Notes under the pieces: model-generated
What the model was told of the DNA's origin: nothing
Seen by the model: the letters and a program-made list of their open reading frames with translations, nothing else
Database searches by the model: none
Assembly: GCA_002269645.1 (NCBI GenBank)
Contig: NIVC01001913.1
Coordinates: 1 to 64,000 of the forward strand
From: Macrostomum lignano
Lineage: Eukaryota
Reading direction: 5' to 3'
DNA: 64,000 nucleotides
Shown here: positions 53,985 to 64,000 of the stretch, piece after piece
Position numbering within the stretch: position 1 is the stretch's first letter
How the letters are laid out: each line of letters begins with the position of its first letter
Made by a program: the position numbers and the translations under genes

Positions 53985-54226
53985 ACTGTGTACACACGCT
54001 CACACAGGGTGTACAGCGGCCCTGACCTTCTAATCGGCAAGGCATGTTATGTACACTTTCTGCGCCTTGAAGGCCGGCTCTCGTGGGGTGTGAATCGCAC
54101 GACACCCCCCCCCCCCGATCCCTACAAGCCAATTTTCGTGCACACGAGCCCCGAATGTGGCTGCGCACGGAATCGAACCAGGGGTCGTGGCGTGAGAGGA
54201 TTCAGACGGGTCTACCGCTGAGCTGC
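53985..54226 (-). mobile_element. tRNA-derived SINE
   Basis: Minus strand GCAGCTCAGCGGTAGA (A box) and GGTTCGATTCC (B box) without a clean cloverleaf. The distal motif GTACACACGCTCACACAGGGTGTACAGCGGCCCTGAC recurs at ~24870-24903 and ~45835-45851. Confidence 0.65.
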
Positions 54227-54562
54227 TCATTGGTCAATTGGTCACAAAATAACGAATCAATCGAGAGAGATTCAATGAAACTACGAGATCCAATTGTTCC
54301 ATTTTGTCTGAGCTGGGCTGTGGGGGCTATGTATACTCAGCAACATTGAAAAGTCGCCACCTTTTGCCCCAGTGAGCAGTGTCTTTTGACCAGCGTCTAT
54401 CACCTGGCCAACCATCTTAGTGTAGAAAATGCTTGAAACAAAATGAAAACCGGGCGGAAGCTTCAATCCATTCAATCTTCGCCCCCCGCTCTTCCAAATC
54501 TCTTCCTCACCCAGCCCAACGCTGCGTCGCGTGGTGCAAGTTGCGTCACTCAAAACTCAATA

Positions 54563-54988
54563 CCACAGCTACTAAAAACCAGATGGGCCACTCAGCAAAT
54601 TTGCGTGTAAGCTACTTTCGGTTCAGTAGTAAGTTAAACTGAAGCTGTTTTAATTACTTTTAAAGCAAAGGCTCATTTATTGGCTCTTACCCCCGTCCCC
54701 CCAGCCTAAACCCTCCAACAGCCCCTTTCCACACTCCCCGTTCGCCCCGCCCTAATTTTTATTGCCTTTCTCGGAACTCCAGCCTAAAGCTGCCATGTAC
54801 ATTTCAGCTCAGTGGACTGGCCAATGTACATTGTTGCTAATCATTGTCGTTTCAGCTGGCTTTATATTTACAAAATAGCCTATGTATTCTTCATTGCTAC
54901 TGAACTGAAAGTAGAAAGCTGTTTTACTAAGTAAATATGCCAGAGTGGCCCATCTACATGTAGTTATTTTAGCATCTGACTTTTTAAT
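54563..54988 (-). mobile_element. MITE-like element, copy 2 (inverted, internally deleted)
   Basis: Reverse-complement match to 9259-9717, with the same AGATGGGCCACT termini. Confidence 0.78.
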
Positions 54989-55425
54989 TTTGTTTAGTAT
55001 ACACAAAAATAACAAAACAAATCCAATCGTGAGTGCAGTTTATATTTTTTTTAAAAACAGGAGCTAGGGCGTCCATTGCTGCATTAGTATTTTTTCATAC
55101 TCCCTAACTTGTTGGATCATTAATTATATTTTTAGGAATAATGATCTTATATTAAAGACGGCTAGTTTGGAAATTAGGAGAACGTAGAAGCCTGTTACAG
55201 AAACATAAGTCGACACTGGTGTAAGCAGTAGACTCTGGATATAAACAGCGGTTTATTTATTAATTTGACCTTATTTAACCTATTGCCAACCGATGAAGAT
55301 TCGGGATAAACAAAACGCACACAGAATTCAACTTGCCAAGTGCTTCCCTACCCGCAATAGCACATTGAAACAGCATCATATAATAGTAATAAGTTTTCAA
55401 GTCACTCATTAGTACCGGGCTAGGC

Positions 55426-55881
55426 TCAAACATCGTCATCGGAGTCGTGCTCCTCCAGTGCGGCCTTGGCATAGTTACTGGCCTCGGTCCATTGTTCCCC
55501 AGTAACTATCACGTGACGACCGGCCGTCTCGGCCGAGGTCAAGGACAAATCCAATTCGAAATATTTATCCTTGACCTCGTCGTGGCACGAGTAAATAATT
55601 TTAGCGGCCTCTTTCACCCCGTTGGCGGCAGACAACTCGGCTAGTTTTAGTTTCTCAATCTCTGTGCGAGCGTTCTGCTTGGCCTTGCCAATAGCGTAGC
55701 CATGGTAACTATAGTACACGCCAGACGGTTCGACTCCGTACAGCTGGGGCCGGCCGTTCTCGAAGGCGGCCAGCAGGACGCCGCAGCCGAACGGTCTAAC
55801 GGCGCTGTACATGGTGTAGGCGTGCATCAGATTGCTGACCCGGCTGGCCAGCTCCGATAGCGGCATCGGCTCACCGTGCGA
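55426..55881 (-). CDS. PSMA3: Proteasome subunit alpha type-3 (alpha7), exon 2
   Basis: Acceptor attcgcag|TCG (phase 0). Reads SHGEPMPLSELASRVSNLMHAYTMYSAVRPFGCGVLL...GKAKQNARTEIEKL...HDEVKDKYFELDLS...acidic tail*. Confidence 0.95.
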   Translation of the reverse strand, partial: SHGEPMPLSELASRVSNLMHAYTMYSAVRPFGCGVLLAAFENGRPQLYGVEPSGVYYSYHGYAIGKAKQNARTEIEKLKLAELSAANGVKEAAKIIYSCHDEVKDKYFELDLSLTSAETAGRHVIVTGEQWTEASNYAKAALEEHDSDDDV

Positions 55882-56440
55882 CTGCGAATAACACATTGTT
55901 GTTTATTGGTGTGGTGTTGGTAAAATAATATCTGCTTCAACTACTTCTTAGTAGTAGTTAATAGCCTAGCAAATGATACATAGATTTTTACTTAATATTC
56001 TTACTGACTAAGACGACATTTTAAGATTTATTGGGGGGTAGCAATTCCTTTGGAAATCTTAACGAGCCCCCGGATCTCCCAAGAATTTCCTAAGGATTCC
56101 CCGGATCTCCCGAAGATTTCCCGGATCACCTGAGGATTCTGTCAGATCTCTTGCGGATTTCCCGGGTCTCCTGAGGATTCTCCCGGATCTCCTGTGGATT
56201 CCCCGGATCTCCCTCCGGATCTCCTTCCTCCGGATCTTTTTAAAAGTCCTTTTTTTCTCAAAAGATTCCCCAGCTTTCAAGAAATTTCCCCAGATTTCCT
56301 AAGTGCTAACAGACTACCCGAAGATTCCTTGTATTCCTGGAGGATTTCTAGCAGGAATATTTCCAGAGATCTCCCTTATGATTACTGGTTAATTCTAGGT
56401 ATTCAGCCGGATTCTAAAGCTCCTAAATAACCCGGCTTAC

Positions 56441-56743
56441 CTGTCGATAATCGGCAGCCTCCTCGCGAGCGTGCCTAGCAACGGCCCTGGCGTCGGGCAG
56501 CAGGCCGGAGGCGGCCATGCCGATGTGCCTATCGATGTGGAACACGCGCCGATTGCAATTAGTCTCGTACAGCTTCGACGTGACAATATTTTCAACGGCT
56601 AATACGACACCATCCCGACAGCAGATGCCGACAGCGGTGCCGCTGGATTCAACAGCCTTGTGCGCGTACTCGACCTGGAATAGCTTGCCCTCGGGGCTGT
56701 ACTCTGATACGTCCAAATCGTAACCTGTTCCGATGCTGCTCAT
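56441..56743 (-). CDS. PSMA3: Proteasome subunit alpha type-3 (alpha7), exon 1
   Basis: [10 protein letters not shown]...[22 protein letters not shown] is the diagnostic alpha7 N-terminus. Donor CAG|GTAAG. An acceptor 20 nt upstream of the ATG (56764/56763) implies a 5'UTR intron. The spliced CDS is 252 aa. Confidence 0.95.
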
Positions 56744-56830
56744 TGTTGGATGTGGGCGCGCCGCTGCAAAGGGAAAAGTAGTAGTATGTCAAATAGTAGT
56801 ACGTATCTACCATAGCTTACAGAGGCTTAC

Positions 56831-57455
56831 ACTATATTGAGGCTTCCACTATGGATATTGAGGCTTCCACTATGGATATTGAGGCTTCCACTATGGATAT
56901 TGAGGCTTCCACTATGGATATTGAGGCTTCCACTATGGATATTGAGGCTTCCACTATGGATATTGAGGCTTCCACTATGGATATTGAGGCTTCCACTATG
57001 GATATTGAGGCTTCCACTTTGGATATTGAGGGTTCCACTATGGATATTGAGGCTTCCACTATGGATATTGAGGCTTCCACTATGGATATTGAGGCTTCCA
57101 CTATGGATATTGAGGCTTCCACTATGGATATTGAGGCTTCCACTATGGATATTGAGGCTTCCACTATGGATATTGAGGCTTCCACTATGGATATTGAGGC
57201 TTCCACTATGGATATTGAGGCTTCCACTATGGATATTGAGGCTTCCACTATGGATATTGAGGCTTCCACTATGGATATTGAGGCTTCCACTATGGATATT
57301 GAGGCTTCCACTATGGATATTGAGGCTTCCACTATGGATATTGAGGTTTCCACTATGGATATTCAGGTTTCCATTATGGATATTGACGTTTCCACTATGG
57401 ATATTGAGGTTTCCACTACGGATATTGAGGCTTCCACTATGGATAGAGGCTTCCA
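56831..57455. repeat. 21-bp minisatellite (ATATTGAGGCTTCCACTATGG)
   Basis: About 29 near-identical units starting just upstream of the PSMA3 acceptor. Confidence 0.95.
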
Positions 57456-57633
57456 CTTTAGAGGCCATCACACGAAACCAAAAATAAATAATGAAAAAGA
57501 ATGCAAATTAGAGTAGGATAAATAGTGATCATAGCTTATGTATGCATTTGTTTAAAACATAAGCTTATTAAGGACATGACAAACCCTCGCGGTTCATTAT
57601 TATAAAGATATTTTTGCAGACCACCAAATAGTT

Positions 57634-57682
<49 letters not shown>

Positions 57683-58054
57683 GGTGAACGCATACGTGTG
57701 AAAGCAAGAGACAAAACTTTCTGACAAAGGGGGAGATAGATATACACTGTATACTCATAAAGAATAAAAAATATGGAGACCCAAATTCCCTAACGCATAT
57801 ATATAGTTACATATTCGTACTGTTAAAGCTAAAACTCCTACTGCGCAATTCACCTTGCCGAGCAGACAGGTCTGACATGCCAACAAAGATGCAGTTATAA
57901 GCCTAGGATTCGGGGAGGGCGAAGGGCACATGCTGTATAAGACGAACGCAAAAGCAAAACAGAAAGAGTGCACACAGAGTATTAAACTGTCTAATTGGAG
58001 AGGGAGTGCGATGTGCAGCCTATTACAGCAGCATAGTTTGCATGGATACATTGG

Positions 58055-58385
58055 CTCTCCACATGGATTCCCACGTGAATAGTGGCTTCCCATATGGATT
58101 CCCACATGAATACAGTGGCTTCCCATATGGATTCCCACGTGAATACAGTGGCTTCCCATATGGATTCCCACGAGGATACAGTGGCTTCCCATATGGATTC
58201 CCACGTGGATACAGTGGCTTCCCATATGGAATCCCACGTGGATATAGTGGCTTCCCATATGGATTCCCACGTGGATACAGTGGCTTCCCATATGGATTCC
58301 CACGTGGATACAGTGGCTTCCCATATGGATTCCCACGTGGATACAGTGGCTTCCCATATGGATACGGTGGCTTCACATGTGGATA
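58055..58385. repeat. 33-bp minisatellite (CACGTGGATACAGTGGCTTCCCATATGGATTCC)
   Basis: About 10 tandem units. Confidence 0.92.
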
Positions 58386-58882
58386 CAGTAGTATTTTCGT
58401 TGGACACGCAAGGACTCTCCCTGCTACAGAGGTCTTTTTCATAGATAACTTCTATAAGCCTACTATTAGTATTATAGCAAAATTCTAAAATTTGATATCC
58501 ACAGCAAATTTTTTGTTGCCAGCTAGATAAAGTACGTACATGCGCAATTGTGTTCGAGCTACGAGTGCAAATTGGCAGGCAATGACAAAACAAAAATTCA
58601 AATTAACATAATTGAGAAAAAATTCTAATCGTACCAATTTGTTAGAACTGAGCTCTGTATAGTCTTCCAGAAGCAGAAGTCGAAACAGACTTGCCTCAGT
58701 ATTTGTAAGGCATAAAAACAAAAAAACAAACGATATCATTTCGGGGTGGAATGGGTTTGAGTTTTCCATTTAAAAAGAGAGATAGAAATCTACTATTGAC
58801 TTGATTTGAAAATTAAACAATAGTAGTCAAATATATAATAGTGAATACACAGAGCAACATGTTAAAGTTTTCAGCCAGAAGC

Positions 58883-59317
58883 CACAGATACTAAAATAAC
58901 TGGATGGGCCACTACTCAGACATACATACTTAGTAAACCAGCTTTCTACTTTCAGTTCAGTAGCAAAGAAGAATACATAAGCTAATTTTATAAAAAATAA
59001 AGCCAGCTGAAATGACTTTGATAAGTTTAGAAGCCCAAGCTTGCAGGCGTAAACAGCTTGCTAATTGGTTCAGCAATAATGTACATTAGCCAGTCCACTG
59101 AAATGTACATGGCCGCTTTAGGTTGGAATTCCGAGAAAGGCAATTAAAATTGGGGCGGGGCGAAGGGGGTAGGGTGGAAAGGCGCGGTCGGAGGGTTTAA
59201 GTGGGGGGTAAGAGCCAATAAATGAGCCTTCGCTTTTAAAATACATTAAAATGCTTCAGTTTAACTTACTACTGAACTGAAAGTAGCTTACACGCAAATG
59301 TGCTGAATGGCCCATCT
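58883..59317 (+). mobile_element. MITE-like element, copy 3
   Basis: Co-linear and highly similar to 9259-9699. Confidence 0.8.
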
Positions 59318-60116
59318 ATCTATGCCAGAAACCAGCGGCCAACTTGTCTCAGATATCAACCCAAAGTCACAGTTGGATTAAACCTGTCAATGTCAGTTCC
59401 TCATGAACTTTGACACGTTACTGAGTGTATACTATCGTCTGGAATACTACGAGTACAGATAATCTTTAAATAAAAATAAAGCAAACGATTACAAGCCATC
59501 CGACGACAGATATAATAATAGATAATGTACAAGTAAATCGACATTAATTATTAACATTTCCAAGTTATGATTAAATCACCTATGGTACTGTCATAGGGAA
59601 ATACTAACTAAAGAAACTTATATAAACGGATATTGTTACACAAAAAACTGAACAATAGCATAGTCTACTATTAAACTAACTAAAGTGAAAAGGTGTATTA
59701 ACACAAAGCAAGATATTAGTTCACTGCAACTGTGGTACTGACTGGCTTTTTAAATAAAAAAGCACAAAGTAAACAAACAACCAGATCGCCATACTACTCA
59801 CTAATAAAAAACGTAAGCAAAAAACACAGAAGGCAATAGATTAGAGACAGAAATTTCTTTCAATTTTGCCAGAAACAGAAGCAAAAAACAGACAACGAAA
59901 ATTAGCAGCAAGTTACAATAGAAAAAAAATTAACAATCTACCTCACACAAAAGTTTTCTGTTGTTTTTTTAACAATATAGTTTGATAAACAAAAGGACAA
60001 TGATTCACCAATAACTACTTCTATAAATAAATATAGTTGATTCACATTCAGGCAAATATTGTTCGTCACATATTAGACAGGGGGGATCAGGTCCCGCGTC
60101 TTCCTAGTCTACTGTT

Positions 60117-62767
60117 TCAGTCGATCTTGATCGCGCCGTAGATTCGACGGACAAACCAATAGGAGGCGTAGAAGCCGACTGTGCCGGTAAAGATCCAGAA
60201 CACAATCACCATCAGCATGGAGTAGCCGAAGTAGAGGATCACGGATACAAAGTCTGTGAGGCTCAGCTGAAAGGTGTTAGGTAAGGAAAATCAACCAATG
60301 AGTGCTTGTTCAGACTGAGGATCTAGGATGGATGCCCAGCAATTGAGGACCCGGGATGATGCCCAGCAACTGAGGATCTGGGAGGCTGGCCCAGCAACTG
60401 ACACTCTGGGAGGCTGGCCCAGCAACTGACACTGGGAGGGGCCCAATAACATAGGATCTGGATCTGGGAGGCTGGCCCAGCAACTGAGGATCTGGGAGGC
60501 TGGCCCAGCAACTGATCTGGGAGGCTGGCTCAGCAACTGAGGATCTGGGAGGCTGGCCCAGCAACTGAGGGTTTGGGAGGCTCAGGGAGGTTTGGGAGGC
60601 TCAGGAGGATCAAGGAGGGCAGGGGTATCCCAGTTTAAACATCTGTGAGAGTAGCATGTAGCAGTGTAAACTGAAAAGGATAATGTAGAAGGGTGTATTG
60701 CCATAAGTCTTTACTGTTACTTTTATTATTTTAAGCATGTATTTCAACCCCAGCCACGAAACGCCATCTCACCTTGGTCACAAAATAGAAGATAGAATAG
60801 ACCAGAACGTAGAAGGCGCAGCCGCCCGAGATGATAAACGAGCGCCACCACCAATGATAATCCTGCAATTAAAGAAACAATACATATAGTTAATGAAGTT
60901 ATTCGCATTCGCTAGTTTACATAGACTGTTGATAAGAACAAGTGGGGTTTACAAACCTCTGAGCATAGCTGAAAATAGGTCATGACAACGGAGATCTGCG
61001 CGCAGCTAATAATGAGGATAATGAATACGGCCAGCAGGAAACCAAATAGATAATAGAACTGCTTCTCCCAGATAGCGGTCAGGATGAAGAACAGTTCAAT
61101 AAACACGGCGCCAAACGGTAGAATCCCGGTGATTAGGATGGAGATAAGCACGTTGCTGTACCATTTCTGATCTGGCACAGCGCGCGGGATCTGATTGGTT
61201 CGAACCGGGTGCTCGTACGGCTGCTTGCGGAAGCCGAAGAACGAGCCGGCCATGACCAGCGGGACGGACACGCACAGCCACAGGGCCAGCAGAGCTACCA
61301 TGGTGCCAAATGGCACAGCTCCAGACGAGGCCTTGGCCCATACAAAGAAGTTAATAAAGAATCCGGTGCCAAGCACAATAGCCGGCAGTAGCAGGCCAGT
61401 TAGCAGGGCGGCAGATTTCCATTGTACACCTTTCATTGTCTTGTACATCCTGGCCGAGAAATAGCCGGACACCAGGCCGGAGAACACGTAGAAGAATGTG
61501 GCCGCGGTCATCAGGCTGCCCCGGCTAGCCGGGCTCAGCATGCCCAGCGCGGCCAGGCAGATGGTGGACAGAAACATCATGAACAGCTGGACGCCGGAGC
61601 CCAGCAGGGCGATCAACAGGCGGGCCCGTCTGGGCGGGCGGAAAACGTCGCCGTGGACAAGCTTCCAGCCTGTCTCTTCTAGCGTCTCCTCCAGGTCGTC
61701 GTCTCGATTGTATTTGGCAATGTCACGGCGAAGGGTGCGCACCATGATCATGGTGACAACGCCGGCTAGGAAGAAGATAATAACAATCGAATTGATGATG
61801 GAGAACCAGTGAATCTGGAAGTCTTGCATAGTCAGGTAGATATCCCAACGGCTGGACCAGGGCACCTTAGACGGGCGCCAGACAACTTCGTAGGTGTACA
61901 CGACCTTATCCAGAGTGTTAGTGACCTGCTGAGGCTCCAACCGGCTGCCGGCCTCCTCCTTGAAGACGCACCGATCGACGCCGGAACTGCGATCGAAGCT
62001 AACTTGGCTGGCTTTGATTGAAGACGGCTCAACTTCGAAGCCAACAATTCGATACATCTGATGCTCGTCCAGATTGTAACTGACAATAAACTTGAGGTGA
62101 TTGTGCACAAACAGCTGGGCCTTGTCCTTCAGCTCGTAGCCGAGTCTGTAGCCAAGTTCGTATTGAGTCTCCCCTGTGCCCAGCATCTTGAACTTGGTGG
62201 CCACTGGCAGATTGTCGGCCATCAAGTGCACAGTGTACTTATTGTGGATCCGGTCAGTGAGCATAGTGGCCTGCTCAGGTTGCAGCGGCACCTCGCATAA
62301 CTTGCGACATTTTTCATCCCTGCCAGCCTTCAATACGTAGGGCGTGTTCACTATGCGGTCGCCTTTGAGAATTTCGCCAAGATTTTCAGCTTTGTACTCG
62401 AAGCCCTTTTCCGGAGTGCAGAACGGCATCGAGTAGTATTCGTAGGGCAGCTGGGTCTTCACGCTAGTCAGCTTCACCGCCTGCGATGCGAGAGGGTGGG
62501 ATACTTCTATGTAGTTTGTTTGCAATGCACTTTAGCGTGCTTAGGATTAGTAGAAGTTGAAGGACTGGGGTTTAGTAGGTCACTGAAGCACATGGAGTTG
62601 GTAGCAAAAACTGACTGATAAAACTGTTGATTTAGTAATAATATTTTAGTGCTTACCTTAACTTCAACATGATCATCTTTGGAAAATTCCACAGGGGCTA
62701 TTCCAGGAATGTAAAATGCCTGAGTAGCACCTAGGAAAGCAATCAGCAATAGGACTGGAGCTTGCAT
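60117..62767 (-). CDS. TM9SF4: Transmembrane 9 superfamily member 4 (exons 62767-62657, 62480-60957, 60862-60773, 60266-60117; 624 aa)
   Basis: Signal peptide, then [80 protein letters not shown] and C-terminal KID. All junctions are GT-AG phase 0. Confidence 0.95.
60318..60610. repeat. ~28-bp intronic minisatellite (GATCTGGGAGGCTGGCCCAGCAACTGAG)
   Basis: Degenerate tandem units in TM9SF4 intron 3. Confidence 0.85.
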
Positions 62768-63005
62768 TGCAGCAATTGTTGCTTAACTTTTACTGAAATA
62801 ACAATATAATGCAAACTTTAATTAGTGCGACAAAAATATCAAATTTCCATAAAACAGTTAATGACATTGATTAACTATCAATATGAACAGTTTCATATTT
62901 TCTAATAATTCCTAAAGGCTATTGCACTAAGCTAAAGTCTAAGATTCTAAGATTCAGTCTAAAGATGGAAATAAACAAATAAAATGACAGGATAAAGTTG
63001 TTAGG

Positions 63006-63067
63006 AGGTTTTAGCCTAGTGGTAAGAGTGTTCAACTCATAGCTAAAAGATTGCAGGTTTAATTTCC
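63006..63067 (+). other. Degenerate tRNA-like / SINE-head remnant
   Basis: TAGCCTAGTGGTAAGA resembles an A box and GCAGGTTTAATTTCC a decayed B box, at tRNA-like spacing. No complete acceptor stem. Confidence 0.35.
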
Positions 63068-64000
63068 AATTCCCAAATTACTTATATATTGCCTATAGAT
63101 ATTTTACGTTAAGACATATTGTCCTCTTTTTTAGGATTGAATTTTTGCCTAAAATAAAAATGTAGAAATTTTAAGGCAAGATTAAGTTTTATTCTATTAT
63201 ATATATTCAATTGTGAATGCAGGTTAGGTTTTTGTTTTTGAACCGCAGAGGTTTTTGACCCACATTCATGGTCCCAATGCCAAGGTCAGGTTTTGTGAAT
63301 TTCAGGGCATTTTTGACTAAGACTCCAAAGTAAAAAAAATTGCATGTCTCTGCCTTTTTATAGAGTGAATATTAGGGTCCATGATAGGAACAAATCTTGC
63401 AGCTGCTGTCTTGAAACTTTGTGCTTGATTAGCTCTATTTGTGGTTTTCTTTTAAGTAAGCATAGAAGCACTATATGGTGTGTATTTCTATAGCCAAGGG
63501 TATATGAACAAATGCATGCTGCTTACAGCAAGAAGCACTTATAAAAATCAGACTTTCTTGGCATGAAAGCTAAAATAAGCTGCTACCTTTTAAGGCATAT
63601 GACTTTTTAAACATATTAATAGGCCCTACTTGTAGAAGCAAGCAAAGGTGATACTACTTCTGGGATACCCCTTGTAATATGTGCCTATGCATAGCATTTA
63701 TATATTTTAATATGCTTAAGAAGTACTAAAAAAGACAGGCCCTAGAATTACCTTAGTACTGATTATGATAATGTTACTAGACCTTTTAAGTCAAGGCAAG
63801 GTATCTAGAAACAATTATTAGTTTATAGTTTATTAATAAAATTAGGATAAACAAACTAAACTATAAATATATATGCTTAAGCTATGAAGTAAATTCTAAG
63901 GAACAATCATTATGCTTTTTTTAAATTGTTTTGAAAAAACAAAAATATAATTCAAATTGATTGGAAATAAAAAATAAAAAGATGCTAAGTATAATTAAAG

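Noticed and set aside
54160-54226. Functional tRNA gene
   Set aside because: A and B boxes are present, but I could not fold consistent acceptor and anticodon stems, and the downstream body is shared with dispersed repeats.
58006-58488. Gly/Tyr/Pro-rich ORF (GYSGFPYGFPR)n resembling a structural or eggshell protein
   Set aside because: It derives from the 33-bp minisatellite and is open in multiple frames on both strands, with no convincing signal peptide or gene context.

Overview
This is a eukaryotic (invertebrate animal) genomic window with spliced genes and no prokaryotic or CRISPR content. By my rough tally about 25 kb (~40%) is tandem repeat: more than 25 separate mini/microsatellite arrays, including a 7.1-kb 14-mer satellite with a 1092-bp higher-order period and a 3.1-kb compound GTCA/GTTA/GTTT microsatellite. 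The style resembles a free-living flatworm such as Macrostomum, but that is inference only. Seven genes were reconstructed by hand with GT-AG sites and phase checks: the last exon of a PRKX/PKA-C3-like kinase (+), a 3-exon claudin/PMP22-like tetraspan protein (+), a 4-exon D2-like dopamine receptor (-), OPA3 (-), a small 2-exon amidated neuropeptide precursor (+), PSMA3 (-) and TM9SF4 (-). The kinase and the receptor each carry a 1-nt homopolymer frameshift, most likely long-read consensus error. Mobile DNA includes a 3-copy MITE family, two other foldback elements, tRNA-derived SINE pieces, two decayed PIF/Harbinger transposase fragments and a ~1-kb insert with long flanking direct repeats. 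The most interesting candidate is the neuropeptide precursor: its RV-amide end is created by an intron in the same phase and position as in NPY/NPF genes, yet the peptide is not NPY-like. Most long ORFs in the supplied track are artefacts of tandem repeats.
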